A DNA stretch of 64,000 nt from Escherichia phage QL01: the sequence record NC_028847.1. One strand, written 5' to 3'. This document shows positions 1 to 9,138 of this stretch, piece after piece. Below the pieces are notes generated by a model that was not told the DNA's origin, made no database searches, and saw only the letters and a list, made by a program, of their open reading frames with translations. The position numbers and the translations under genes are program-made. Within the stretch, counting starts at the first letter, position 1. Each line of letters opens with the position of its first letter.

Positions 1-429
1 TGGTTAAAACATAAACCCGAAGATAATAATTGGCTTCCGGAAACTGCATACGGATATTTGTTGAATGGGCTGCCTCTGTTTTGTGACGTTAACAGTCCAT
101 TAGATTATGTTACCGTTGGTGTTAAAGAGAATTACGGCGGTAATGAAGTTGTCGGTTCTATTTTCTACGCTCCCTATACCGAAGGCTTAGATTTAGATGA
201 CCAAGAACACGTCGGTGCTTATAAGGTTATTGTTGACCCGGATTCATTACAACCTTCTATTTCTCTGATGGTTCGTTATGCACTATCAGCTAACCCGTAC
301 ACCGTGGCTAAAGACGATAAAGAAGCTCGTGTTATCGATGCAACCAATATGGATTTAATGGCTGGGCAGAGCAATATGTCTTATCTGGTTGGCGTTAAAC
401 TTCCGGCAATTATTTACGAGGCTGATTAA
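1..429 (+). CDS. 23: Major capsid protein gp23, C-terminal fragment (gene starts upstream of window)
   Basis: Open frame from position 1 to TAA at 427-429; C-terminal ~120 aa is paralogous to the C-terminus of the next gene, as for T4 gp23/gp24; stop overlaps next start (TAATG). Confidence 0.75.
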   Translation, partial: WLKHKPEDNNWLPETAYGYLLNGLPLFCDVNSPLDYVTVGVKENYGGNEVVGSIFYAPYTEGLDLDDQEHVGAYKVIVDPDSLQPSISLMVRYALSANPYTVAKDDKEARVIDATNMDLMAGQSNMSYLVGVKLPAIIYEAD

Positions 430-1709
430 TGTCTAAGATTGTAGACCTAATTAAAGAATCCACATTGACGGCTGCCAGCTCGGTTGGCCGTCCTGCTCTT
501 CTTTCATACACCCAAGCAACTAATAAACGAATCTTTAAAGCCCTAGTTGCTGAACAAAAAACAAATCAACCGGTTGCTGCTCTGTATGGGGTACGTGTAC
601 TGAATCCTGACGACAAAATGACTTATCTTGGTGGAGCAACATTTGCGGGCCAGATTGGTATGACGGAACGTGAAAATATTCCAGAATTTACTGATTCATC
701 TACAGCTTATGCGGTCGGTGATATGTTCCAGTTTGAAAGCGTAGTGTTTAAAGTTCTAGAAGCATCTCCTTTCGCCGGAACCACAGAAACCAACCTCAGC
801 GAAGTTATTTCTGAAGCAGTGGCAGCCGGCCATATCCGTATGGTGTCGGATGCTGCTATTACTTCTAAATTTGAACAGGGCCATCCTGAAATTGCTGAAA
901 CCGGATTCCGTATCGACAAATGGCAATCTGAAGTTAAATCACGTAAACTGAAAACTTCATTGACAGTCGAATTAGCCCAAGACCTAGAATCTAACGGGTT
1001 TAATGCTCCTAATTTCGTTGAAAATCTGCTAGGCATTCAAATGGCAGAAGAAATTAATAAGGATGTATTACAGTCATTAATTACCGTGAGCTCTCGTTTT
1101 AAAGTCCAGGGTGTTTCTGAAAAGGGTGTATTAGACCTTACCAACCCTCGCTACGATAATGCCCAGGACCGTGCTCGCACATTATATTATTATATGTGTG
1201 AGATGAACTCTGCCGTCCAACGACAGACTTCTTTTGCCGGGACTTATGCAGTAGCTAGTTCTCGTTGTGCTGCTATTCTCGCCGCCTCTGGTTGGGTTGA
1301 GAAAAAGGAAGACCAGGACGAATTGGCTTATGGTATATTAAAGAATGGCCTACCACTTTATGCTGATATGAATAGTCCATGTGATTATGTTATTGTTGGT
1401 GTAAATGCCCAGATGGGTGAAGGACAGACGGTCGCATCTTTATATTATGCGCCTTATACGGAAGGTTTGAATGTGGTTGACGAAGAAGGTGATACTTCAG
1501 TTGGTGAATTTAAGGTTATTGTTGACCCGGAAAGCTTACAACCTACAGTAGCATTGCTTGCTCGTTATGCATTGACTGCAAACCCTTATACCGTCGCTAA
1601 GGACGATAAAGAAGCCCGCATTATTGATGGTTCTGATATGGACAAAATGGCTAATCAAAGTCAATTGAGTTCTTATCTCGGCGTAAAATTACCGCCTTTA
1701 GAAAAATAA
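429..1709 (+). CDS. 24: Head vertex protein gp24
   Basis: 426 aa (T4 gp24 is 427 aa); gp23 paralogue; immediately downstream of gene 23; followed by hairpin terminator. Confidence 0.85.
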   Translation: MSKIVDLIKESTLTAASSVGRPALLSYTQATNKRIFKALVAEQKTNQPVAALYGVRVLNPDDKMTYLGGATFAGQIGMTERENIPEFTDSSTAYAVGDMFQFESVVFKVLEASPFAGTTETNLSEVISEAVAAGHIRMVSDAAITSKFEQGHPEIAETGFRIDKWQSEVKSRKLKTSLTVELAQDLESNGFNAPNFVENLLGIQMAEEINKDVLQSLITVSSRFKVQGVSEKGVLDLTNPRYDNAQDRARTLYYYMCEMNSAVQRQTSFAGTYAVASSRCAAILAASGWVEKKEDQDELAYGILKNGLPLYADMNSPCDYVIVGVNAQMGEGQTVASLYYAPYTEGLNVVDEEGDTSVGEFKVIVDPESLQPTVALLARYALTANPYTVAKDDKEARIIDGSDMDKMANQSQLSSYLGVKLPPLEK

Positions 1710-1736
1710 AAGGGACCGTAAGGTCCCTTTATCGTT
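1708..1736. terminator. Bidirectional hairpin terminator between convergent genes 24 and rnlB
   Basis: GGGACC-GTAA-GGTCCC perfect stem flanked by A-run and T-run. Confidence 0.6.
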
Positions 1737-2743
1737 TATTTGGATACTAGTTCAATCCATACATGTCTTAATGTTTCTTTTACGCACTCAACGAGCTGCT
1801 TTTTAACTTCAACGGGATTTTCCGCATCAGTTAATTCCAATTCTTCACGGGCGGCTTCTTCAAGGATATCCTGGACTGTCAAGCCCATCACCTTTCCGAA
1901 ATCCTTCGGCGATACTTCGCCAATCTTACTGATGACATTGTTAATGCGGTTAACAGTCACATAATCGGTGAATTGCCACATCAAATCCATATCGTCTTGG
2001 GACAATACCACTGCAACTTTAATAGGCTTATCAGACTTTTTCTTCTCGCTGAATTTAGAGTTCTTACATTTAATCGCCACACGATTTCCGTTTGGAAGCC
2101 AGAGCGGATAACAAGGTTTTAATACGTACCCTTCAGCGGTAAATACTTCACCTTTTACTTCAGCATTCCACACATAGGCATTAGCTTCAATTAGCCCGAC
2201 GTTATCTACCATAAAATTATAATCAGGAAGGACGGAATCTAAATCATTTGGCAATTTAATAAGGTCTTCAAATTTACCACGTCCTAAAAGTGGAGCCAGT
2301 TTAAATCCAAAGGTCTTACAAAATGATTCCATCATATAATCATCGACATAGGTCACATCACCACTTTCGGTGGTAACAATAATGTCAAATACATAAAAAT
2401 CTTTAGCACCGTAATCAACATTCTTCTGAATGCCTGTTCCAGCGAATTCACCGAAAACTTGATAAGATACAGCTGCCGAAGTTTCCATAATATCTTGTAC
2501 GGCTTTAATAGAATCGGCATAGTTCTTAAGTACAATTTCATAGCCATAGAAATCTTCAGCAGGGAGGATAGGGCCAGTGCGCTTGGCGCATGTGACTGCG
2601 TCACGTTCTATGATTAAACTAAAGTTGGTTCCATGAATCTTCTCACGTGCTACCCATTCACCACCAGTCAAACCATTAGTACGGAGTTTTTCGATAAACT
2701 TACTGTTGTAGTGGTTTTCGAGACTGCTATATTTCTTGAACAT
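1736..2743 (-). CDS. rnlB: RNA ligase 2 (Rnl2)
   Basis: 335 aa; N-terminus [20 protein letters not shown]...EKIHGTNFS closely matches recalled T4 Rnl2 including the ligase KxHG(T) motif. Confidence 0.9.
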   Translation of the reverse strand: MFKKYSSLENHYNSKFIEKLRTNGLTGGEWVAREKIHGTNFSLIIERDAVTCAKRTGPILPAEDFYGYEIVLKNYADSIKAVQDIMETSAAVSYQVFGEFAGTGIQKNVDYGAKDFYVFDIIVTTESGDVTYVDDYMMESFCKTFGFKLAPLLGRGKFEDLIKLPNDLDSVLPDYNFMVDNVGLIEANAYVWNAEVKGEVFTAEGYVLKPCYPLWLPNGNRVAIKCKNSKFSEKKKSDKPIKVAVVLSQDDMDLMWQFTDYVTVNRINNVISKIGEVSPKDFGKVMGLTVQDILEEAAREELELTDAENPVEVKKQLVECVKETLRHVWIELVSK

Positions 2744-2857
2744 AAATCACCATAATAAATATAATTAAATAGAAGAGCTAGTAGTCTTCTGTCACCAAGC
2801 CAAATGGTTTAACGGAAGGACCTAGACCCATTATATCACACCTAAATTTAAAGCATA

Positions 2858-3106
2858 TTACTTTGAACTAGAACGCGCTTTGCGCCGAACCTTGTTGTTC
2901 AATCTTTTACGATAAACAACCTTTTCTTTCGCTTTAAATTTGGCCTTGGCTTGTTCTACATCAACCCATGCTTTGGCCATGTCCTTAGCGGTCCCGCCCA
3001 TTTTTTTAGCAATTTCTATAAAATTCAACCCAGATTCGTGTAAAAAATGTACTTTAACCTTATCCATAACAATTCTCTCGTTGAGTTGGTAAACCCATCT
3101 TAACAT
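2858..3106 (-). CDS. Small basic protein with helix-turn-helix-like segment; start uncertain (alternative ATG at 3067)
   Basis: 82-aa ORF between rnlB and hoc; GLNFIEIAKKMGGTAKDMAKAW looks HTH-like; lysine/arginine-rich C-terminus. Confidence 0.4.
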   Translation of the reverse strand: MLRWVYQLNERIVMDKVKVHFLHESGLNFIEIAKKMGGTAKDMAKAWVDVEQAKAKFKAKEKVVYRKRLNNKVRRKARSSSK

Positions 3107-3145
3107 AGAATTTTTAACTTGTAAACAGGAATTTTGTACTTTAAT

Positions 3146-3169
3146 GCAAAATGGGCCTTGCGGCCCATT
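3146..3169 (-). terminator. Rho-independent terminator downstream of hoc
   Basis: ATGGGCC-TTGC-GGCCCAT stem followed by U-run on the minus strand. Confidence 0.5.
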
Positions 3170-3170
3170 A

Positions 3171-4019
3171 TTAATAAATGTAATCGTATATAATACCAGC
3201 TTCTAAAGCGGTGCGATGAATAATTCGACCATTACGAGATTCTTGTACATCAACCTCTGAATAGTCGGTAATCATTTTTTGAAGTGTATATCGGTGCAAA
3301 TAATACGGGCTATCCGGGTCATCTGTTTTCCAGTCTTTGCCTTCAAGAGTCATTTTCTGGATTTCATCCATAACCCACCAACCAACCCAAATATATGCTG
3401 AATTACGAACAGGGAGTGGATGAACGTAAGGTAATTCGCCATCCAGAACCGGTGCGACTTTAGCCGTGACTGTTACATTACCGGTTTTTGTGACAGTCGC
3501 CGGGTTATAATCAGTCGCCGAAACCACAACAGAAACTTCAATAACCTGTGAACCTTCAGTGCTTGTATCGATTGCTAGAGTATCCGTGGTGCCAACTACA
3601 GGAGAACCGTCTTTCTTCCAAGAATAGGCAAAAGTAGCACCAGCAGGAGCGCCGACCACATCCGCTTTAAAAGAAGCTGGAGTGCCTTCCGGAACATTAA
3701 TCGAAGCTGGGGTTAATGTCACAGAAACACCAGTCATAGTTTTATTCTGGATAGTTAAAGTCGTCTCAGCTTCAGCAGTTTCCGGTTCGCCGTCCGCTGG
3801 TGTAGTTGTTGCAACAACTTTAATAGTCTTGCTGCCTGCTGGACCAACAGCAACATAATCCATTGCAGCAGTCACAGAAGATTGAGGAACGCCATCAACA
3901 GTCCAGACAAATGATTCAGTACCTTCAGCTGCAGCACCGGAACCGGTCGCAGTGAAATTGGTTGTTGCTCCAATAACGGCCGTAGCCGCCGAAGGAGAAA
4001 TATCTACGGTATAAGCCAT
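3171..4019 (-). CDS. hoc: Hoc outer capsid decoration protein, short form
   Basis: 282 aa; Ig-like repeats and a C-terminal ~100 aa (GELPYVHPLP...WVMDEIQKMT..GKDWKTDDPDS.YYLHRYTLQKM) closely matching recalled T4 Hoc capsid-binding domain; T4 Hoc is 376 aa. Confidence 0.85.
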   Translation of the reverse strand: MAYTVDISPSAATAVIGATTNFTATGSGAAAEGTESFVWTVDGVPQSSVTAAMDYVAVGPAGSKTIKVVATTTPADGEPETAEAETTLTIQNKTMTGVSVTLTPASINVPEGTPASFKADVVGAPAGATFAYSWKKDGSPVVGTTDTLAIDTSTEGSQVIEVSVVVSATDYNPATVTKTGNVTVTAKVAPVLDGELPYVHPLPVRNSAYIWVGWWVMDEIQKMTLEGKDWKTDDPDSPYYLHRYTLQKMITDYSEVDVQESRNGRIIHRTALEAGIIYDYIY

Positions 4020-4028
4020 AATAAACCC

Positions 4029-4700
4029 TTATTTTAAAGTGACAAAAGATGAGTTACGAGTTTCTCGTACTAGAACAGACCCATTACGATTGATGTAATA
4101 AATCAAGCTGAATAGTGTTTGGTGTGCGGTAGGATGTTGGAAACTGGTTGGACGTTCTTTCCAATCCGGAGTCTCAGAAATCCATTGGTAAATCCACCAA
4201 GGAACGGTGCAATAACCTGGGTTCTTACCGATAAGCAAAAGATTAGGACTGAAGTTTTCAGGTAAAGAGAATACAGGTTTTTCAGATTCAACAACCTTGG
4301 CTATAGCCCCTTTGAATTTCTCTTCGTCAAATGGAACATCCTCTTCGATAATCTCTACCTTAGGAAGTTCGGCTACCTCAACGACTTCTACTGCAGCCTC
4401 AGGGGCATCGAACAACAGGGTGGCTTCTTCTTTAGCTGGTTCAGCACCATCAACAAATTCGTTAGCACCTGTAAGTTCGTCGGCAGCATCAATCAAATCA
4501 GAAATGGACAACCCTTCGGTTTCTGGGAGTGGTTCGTCAGCCAAGGCTTTAAGGCCTTCAGAGATATCGATAATCAAATTATCAAACGAACGGGTTTTCT
4601 TAAGTTTTAAACCGAACTGTTCGCCGTATTCGATTAACTTAGCTTTAGCTTCTTTTTTATCTTCGAGTGCACGAAGCTCTTCAATATATTGAGTATCCAT
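4029..4700 (-). CDS. inh: Inh-like inhibitor of prohead protease
   Basis: 223 aa (T4 Inh is about 226 aa); position between hoc and uvsW. Confidence 0.55.
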   Translation of the reverse strand: MDTQYIEELRALEDKKEAKAKLIEYGEQFGLKLKKTRSFDNLIIDISEGLKALADEPLPETEGLSISDLIDAADELTGANEFVDGAEPAKEEATLLFDAPEAAVEVVEVAELPKVEIIEEDVPFDEEKFKGAIAKVVESEKPVFSLPENFSPNLLLIGKNPGYCTVPWWIYQWISETPDWKERPTSFQHPTAHQTLFSLIYYINRNGSVLVRETRNSSFVTLK

Positions 4701-4719
4701 AATTAGTCTCTTGTTGGTG

Positions 4720-4727
4720 TATAAATA
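4720..4727 (+). promoter_or_regulatory. T4-type late promoter TATAAATA for uvsW
   Basis: Exact TATAAATA about 29 nt upstream of uvsW ATG. Confidence 0.55.
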
Positions 4728-4733
4728 TAACTA

Positions 4734-4741
4734 TATTTATA
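4734..4741 (-). promoter_or_regulatory. T4-type late promoter TATAAATA for inh/hoc (divergent from the uvsW promoter)
   Basis: Exact TATAAATA on minus strand about 34 nt upstream of inh ATG. Confidence 0.5.
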
Positions 4742-4755
4742 ACTGAGAATTACTT

Positions 4756-6252
4756 ATGCAAATTCAAGTACATTTTGATAATTTTAGTCATGTCCGTATT
4801 GAATGCGATGAATCTACATTCTACGAACTCAGAGACTATTTTAGCTTTGAAGCTGATGGATATAAATTCAACCCTAAATTTCGTTATGGTCAATGGGACG
4901 GACGTATTCGCCTTCTGGATTACAACCGTAAACTTCCTTATGGATTGGTCCCTCAAATTAAAAAGTTCGCTGAACAATTTGAATACTCTCTGTGGATTGA
5001 CCCACGTATTCTTGAACAGGAAGATATTTCTCGTGAAGATTTTGATTCATGGGTGGCTTCTCAAGAAATTTATTCAGGGTCTACCAAGATTGAGCCTCAT
5101 TGGTATCAGAATGAAGCCGTATACAACGGCCTGACAAAACGTCGCGCAATTCTGAATTTACCTACATCTGCAGGTAAATCATTAATCCAGGCACTCCTGA
5201 GTCGATATTACGTTGAGAACTATGAAGGTAAAATCCTCATCTTAGTTCCTACTACTGCACTTGTCGACCAGATGATTAACGACTTCATCGATTATCGTCT
5301 GTTCCCTAAAGCCGCAATGCTTGGTATTCGTTCAGGTACTGCTCGTGATTCCGATGCAATGATTTATGTTTCAACTTATCAAACCGCTATCAAGCAACCT
5401 AAAGAATGGTTTGCTCAGTTCGGTATGTTTATGAACGACGAATGCCATTTGGCTACAGGTAAATCTATTTCTACTATCATCGAAGGCCTAACCAACTGTA
5501 TGTTTAAATTCGGTTTGTCTGGTTCTTTAAAAGATGGTAAAGCTAATTTAATGCAATATATGGGTTTGTTTGGTGATGTGTTTAAGCCAGTATCCACCTC
5601 CCAGTTAATGGAAGAAGGACAGGTTACTGACCTTAAAATCAACAGTATTTTCCTTCGATACCCAGACGAATTCACGGTTAAAATGAAAGGTAAAGATTAC
5701 CAATCAGAAATCAAGGTCATTACTAAGGCTACTCGTCGTAATAAATGGGTTGCTAATTTAGCTGTTAAACTCGCTAAGAAAGAAGAGAACGTATTCCTGA
5801 TGTTTAAAAACATCGAACACGGTAAAACTCTTTTTGAAATGGTTAAAGAGCAACATAAAGAAGTTTATTACGTATCAGGTGAAGTTAATACCGAAACGCG
5901 TAATGCTCTGAAAGTAATGGCGGAAAATGGTAAGGGTATTATTGTTGTGGCAAGTTATGGTGTGTTCTCTACTGGTATTTCCGTTAAGAACCTTCACCAC
6001 GTTGTATTTGCCCATCCAGTAAAATCTAAAATCATTGTACTCCAGACAATTGGTCGTGTACTCCGTAAACATGCCTCTAAATCAACAGCACAGGTGTGGG
6101 ATATCATCGACGACATGGGTGTTAAGCCTAAATCAGCTACGGCTAAAAAGAAATATGTTCATTTGAACTATGCCCTCAAACACGCTTTAGAACGTATTCA
6201 ACGTTATGCTGATGAGAAATTTAATTACGTAATGAAACAGGTGGATTTATGA
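4756..6252 (+). CDS. uvsW: UvsW DNA/RNA helicase
   Basis: 498 aa; near-identity to recalled T4 UvsW across the length (HWYQ, LNLPTSAGKS, MNDECH, VLQTIGRVLRKH motifs). Confidence 0.95.
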   Translation: MQIQVHFDNFSHVRIECDESTFYELRDYFSFEADGYKFNPKFRYGQWDGRIRLLDYNRKLPYGLVPQIKKFAEQFEYSLWIDPRILEQEDISREDFDSWVASQEIYSGSTKIEPHWYQNEAVYNGLTKRRAILNLPTSAGKSLIQALLSRYYVENYEGKILILVPTTALVDQMINDFIDYRLFPKAAMLGIRSGTARDSDAMIYVSTYQTAIKQPKEWFAQFGMFMNDECHLATGKSISTIIEGLTNCMFKFGLSGSLKDGKANLMQYMGLFGDVFKPVSTSQLMEEGQVTDLKINSIFLRYPDEFTVKMKGKDYQSEIKVITKATRRNKWVANLAVKLAKKEENVFLMFKNIEHGKTLFEMVKEQHKEVYYVSGEVNTETRNALKVMAENGKGIIVVASYGVFSTGISVKNLHHVVFAHPVKSKIIVLQTIGRVLRKHASKSTAQVWDIIDDMGVKPKSATAKKKYVHLNYALKHALERIQRYADEKFNYVMKQVDL

Positions 6253-6476
6253 AAACCTTTAAAGAAGTTATTCAAGAAGCATCTATTGAAAGCTTCATGG
6301 CTAAAATTGGTTCTTGTCAGACTATGGATGGTCTGAAGGAATTGGAAAAGTATTACAAAACTCGTAGTAAGGAAGCCGAACTTCGTGATTCGGATGATAT
6401 TAGCGTGCGTGATGCATTGGCTGGTAAGAGAGCTGAATTGGAGTCGATGGACGACGAGGAAGAGGAAGATTTCTAA
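6249..6476 (+). CDS. uvsW.1: UvsW.1 small acidic protein
   Basis: 75 aa; ATGA overlap with uvsW stop, as in T4. Confidence 0.7.
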   Translation: MKTFKEVIQEASIESFMAKIGSCQTMDGLKELEKYYKTRSKEAELRDSDDISVRDALAGKRAELESMDDEEEEDF

Positions 6477-6480
6477 ACAA

Positions 6481-6510
6481 AAAAGGCCCAACCTTTCGGA
6501 AGGGCCAATA
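6481..6510 (-). terminator. Hairpin terminator downstream of the uvsY operon; also follows uvsW.1 on the plus strand
   Basis: GGCCC...GGGCC stem with U-run on minus strand. Confidence 0.5.
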
Positions 6511-6535
6511 ACCATAAATGGCTATACACACTAGA

Positions 6536-6703
6536 CTAAAGTAGTAATTGGGTTTCGTTCAGCTGTTCTTCAGTGTTTTCCGTAACCGGCAAGCTTTGAA
6601 CGTAATTATAGCATGAGCCCGGATGAACCGGACCTTTTTCTGTTTCAACAACCAATGCAGCATCGATTGGAGTTTTACAGACAACGCAAATCTTATCTGA
6701 CAT
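6536..6703 (-). CDS. Small Cys-rich protein in the uvsY.-2 position
   Basis: 55-aa ORF MSDKICVVCKTPIDAALVVETEKGPVHPGSCYNYVQ... with strong SD (AAGGAG); not in ORF track because under 60 aa. Confidence 0.5.
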   Translation of the reverse strand: MSDKICVVCKTPIDAALVVETEKGPVHPGSCYNYVQSLPVTENTEEQLNETQLLL

Positions 6704-6731
6704 GATTGTCTCCTTAGTTTAACTTACATAC

Positions 6732-6830
6732 CTATTTATTACTTGCTAAAGCAGCATTAATGAATTCTTGGAGAAGTTTCATCTTATCGGCATCTACTTT
6801 AATGGGTTTGGTATTTTTAGTACGTCTCAT
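6732..6830 (-). CDS. Possible 32-aa ORF in the uvsY.-1 position
   Basis: ATG overlaps uvsY stop (TAATG); MRRTKNTKPIKVDADKMKLLQEFINAALASNK; weak. Confidence 0.3.
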   Translation of the reverse strand: MRRTKNTKPIKVDADKMKLLQEFINAALASNK

Positions 6831-7264
6831 TATTTACCCGCCTCAAATTGTCTCATCTCATGCATGGTCTTAAGGTTAAAACCACGCGCCTTAATAGCAT
6901 CAAGTGCTGAACTACAAAAGTCTTGTAATAAAGCCCAATACTGAATTGATGTGTCGATTTTAATTACACTAGAATCCGCAGCCATAACGGTCTTTAATTC
7001 AGATTTCTCATATTGGTCCATACAAACCTCATCACCAGGCTCTCCACGTCCCGTGTAGAAATCTAATCGCTTCTTAAGTGAGGTCTTTTTCTGGATTTCT
7101 AATCTCATTATTTCTTTCTTACAATTCGTATACAGCCTTAGCCATTTGCTGTGCAGCAAAACGTTGTTCTGTACTTCATATTGTAAACGAGTTCCATCAA
7201 TCTTTAAATCCTCGTCTAATGCGTCCTGGAATGATTCTAACTTATATTCAATCTCTTTACTCAT
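6830..7264 (-). CDS. uvsY: UvsY recombination mediator
   Basis: Strong similarity to recalled T4 UvsY (LQYE..NNV.L.SKWL...QKK..LK.RLD.Y.GRG...YEKSE.KTV..AD...K.DTS.QYW..L.DFCS.ALDAIK.RGF); start set at internal ATG with SD AGGAAA to give ~144 aa. Confidence 0.85.
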   Translation of the reverse strand: MSKEIEYKLESFQDALDEDLKIDGTRLQYEVQNNVLLHSKWLRLYTNCKKEIMRLEIQKKTSLKKRLDFYTGRGEPGDEVCMDQYEKSELKTVMAADSSVIKIDTSIQYWALLQDFCSSALDAIKARGFNLKTMHEMRQFEAGK

Positions 7265-7293
7265 CGCATGTTTCCTGTGTAATAACCATAGGA

Positions 7294-7325
7294 CCATTAT
7301 ACACTATTCATTTGAACAGCAATTA
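7294..7325 (-). promoter_or_regulatory. Candidate MotA-dependent middle promoter for uvsY
   Basis: Extended -10 TGTATAAT with upstream TTGCTGTTCA resembling a MotA box at about -30. Confidence 0.35.
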
Positions 7326-7712
7326 ACCACTCTGTGAGAGCTGGATTCTAATTTGCTCTAATGTATCTGGGTCATCAACGATACTAAACTGAACGGTCAC
7401 GATAATCGAGTTATCATCGTACACAGGTGTCACACCTACAGCTAGAGCAGAAATTCTGGGTTCGAAGTTCCGCACTGCGGAAACTATATTACGCTTAATG
7501 GTATCCGTGATTAATGGAGTAATATTCTCAAACAATTGGTTGCTGATGTCACAACCGAATTCAGGCATAAAAGGGCGCGAACCCTTGCGAGTAGTAATAA
7601 TGCCTAACAAACTATTTTTTACTGCGCGAGCACCTGTAGCTTTAGCGACGTCTCTATTCCAAGACGTCCTCATTTCAGGGTCTAAATCTGAATACATTTT
7701 ATTGATATTCAT
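7323..7712 (-). CDS. 25: Baseplate wedge protein gp25
   Basis: 129 aa; near-identical to recalled T4 gp25 (LLGIITTRKGSRPF.PEFGCD.S.QLFEN). Confidence 0.9.
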   Translation of the reverse strand: MNINKMYSDLDPEMRTSWNRDVAKATGARAVKNSLLGIITTRKGSRPFMPEFGCDISNQLFENITPLITDTIKRNIVSAVRNFEPRISALAVGVTPVYDDNSIIVTVQFSIVDDPDTLEQIRIQLSQSG

Positions 7713-8335
7713 TACATCACCTTAAAGAACTCTTTAAGTCCCTCAATAACGTGGACGGTGTGTTCACCACATTCACAAGAAATAGGTATAGCCAAAATAG
7801 GCTTAGGGGCGACTAGTGCATCATAAACTTCTTTTATATCTTTTTCTGTTATCACAGAATAAAGGTCATCAAGTTCCGCATCGCTTAAATCGGAAAGAAA
7901 AAGCTTTTCACCTGCAGAAGTTAAAATATAATCGATACACCCGGCGACCATCATAGCTCTATTTTTATCTTCAAAGAGTTTAGGATATCTGAAAACAATT
8001 TTAAAGTTGCCAAAGTCTTTAATAACATCCGGCTCTTTACCCAATGTTGCTCGAGTTAGTGTCATAGGGACAACCTGTGAGCGACCACAACTACAACTCC
8101 ACTCACGTTCTATATTCACTTCAGCTAATGAATGGGCCCACAGGTTTATCACCAGGAGCTCAGATTCTTGCTTGTTTAAATCACGGGCATCTGTGCAATT
8201 CGAAATGAGTTCATTGATAAAGGACTCTATTCTGCCTTCTAATTTAGCTTGGAGCAAGTCCTTATATTCTCTGAGGGTAAATGCTCTGCATTTTATGGTT
8301 TTGTTTTTAATTTTTACGTCAAAAGTATAATTCAT
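7712..8335 (-). CDS. 26: Baseplate hub protein gp26
   Basis: 207 aa (T4 gp26 is 208 aa); position between 25 and 51; strong SD. Confidence 0.8.
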   Translation of the reverse strand: MNYTFDVKIKNKTIKCRAFTLREYKDLLQAKLEGRIESFINELISNCTDARDLNKQESELLVINLWAHSLAEVNIEREWSCSCGRSQVVPMTLTRATLGKEPDVIKDFGNFKIVFRYPKLFEDKNRAMMVAGCIDYILTSAGEKLFLSDLSDAELDDLYSVITEKDIKEVYDALVAPKPILAIPISCECGEHTVHVIEGLKEFFKVM

Positions 8336-8353
8336 TGTCTTCTCCTTTAAGCT

Positions 8354-8365
8354 TATTTATAAATA
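8354..8365. promoter_or_regulatory. Overlapping divergent late promoters (TATAAATA on both strands) for gene 51 (+) and genes 26-25 (-)
   Basis: TTTATAAATA contains TATAAATA on plus strand and, offset by 4 nt, on minus strand. Confidence 0.5.
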
Positions 8366-8385
8366 CATCAATAAGAGGACACCCT

Positions 8386-9138
8386 ATGGCTAATATAGTA
8401 CGTTGTGAAATGCCTGATGGAGTCCACCGATTTAAACCTTTTACAGTAGCTGATTATCGTGATTTTATTTTGATTCGAAATGACATGAATAATAAATCGC
8501 CTGAAGAGCAAAAACAAATTTTAGATGAGTTACTGGAAGAATACTTCGGTGAATATCCTATGTCATGGCGCCCATATATGTTCATTGAACTTTATACGTC
8601 ATCACTCGGCAAGACCAAAATTCCTATCCGATACACTTGTAGTAAGTGTGAAAAGGATAGACAAGTTTTATTCAATTTGAAACAGACCAAGTTAGATAAT
8701 CCCACAATTGAAGTGGCCGGCTTGAAGCTAACATTCAAATTTCCGGAAATAGAATATCAAGACAAATCCGAATTGATTCTGAACACCCTCCAAACCGTGG
8801 AAGATGAAAACGGGAAATATAATTGGACTGACCTTTCTGAAGAAGACCAATTAGCCGTAATAGATGCTATAGACTTATCCACTTTAGAGGATATAGTCAA
8901 ACAAACTAGCCCTATTAATTTTGAACTAAAATATGGATGCTGTAATCGTAGAACAATTACGTATACCGATATTTTAGAGGTGTTTAAGCTTATAGTCAAC
9001 CCGGATGAGATATTTTTATTTTACCAAATAAACCATTTATTGGTAAAGAACAATTATTCATTAGAAAGCATTATGCAGATGATTCCAATCGAACGCGGTA
9101 TTGCTTTGTCTTTGGTTGAAAAGGACCTTAAGAAATGA
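8386..9138 (+). CDS. 51: Baseplate hub assembly protein gp51
   Basis: Track ORF begins at a TTG; first ATG at 8386 has SD AAGAGGA; ~250 aa matches T4 gp51 size. Confidence 0.8.
   Translation: MANIVRCEMPDGVHRFKPFTVADYRDFILIRNDMNNKSPEEQKQILDELLEEYFGEYPMSWRPYMFIELYTSSLGKTKIPIRYTCSKCEKDRQVLFNLKQTKLDNPTIEVAGLKLTFKFPEIEYQDKSELILNTLQTVEDENGKYNWTDLSEEDQLAVIDAIDLSTLEDIVKQTSPINFELKYGCCNRRTITYTDILEVFKLIVNPDEIFLFYQINHLLVKNNYSLESIMQMIPIERGIALSLVEKDLKK

Noticed and set aside
58-429. Track ORF of 123 aa beginning with M
   Set aside because: The M is a TTG inside the gene 23 frame, which is open from position 1; it is the C-terminal fragment of gp23, not a separate gene
8335-8385. Longer N-terminal extensions for gp51, gp28, gp38, frd, ligase, denA, dsbA and others, as listed in the ORF track
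   Set aside because: Those track starts are TTG/GTG or lack an SD and run across promoters or the upstream gene; internal ATG starts with good SD match the T4 homologue N-termini
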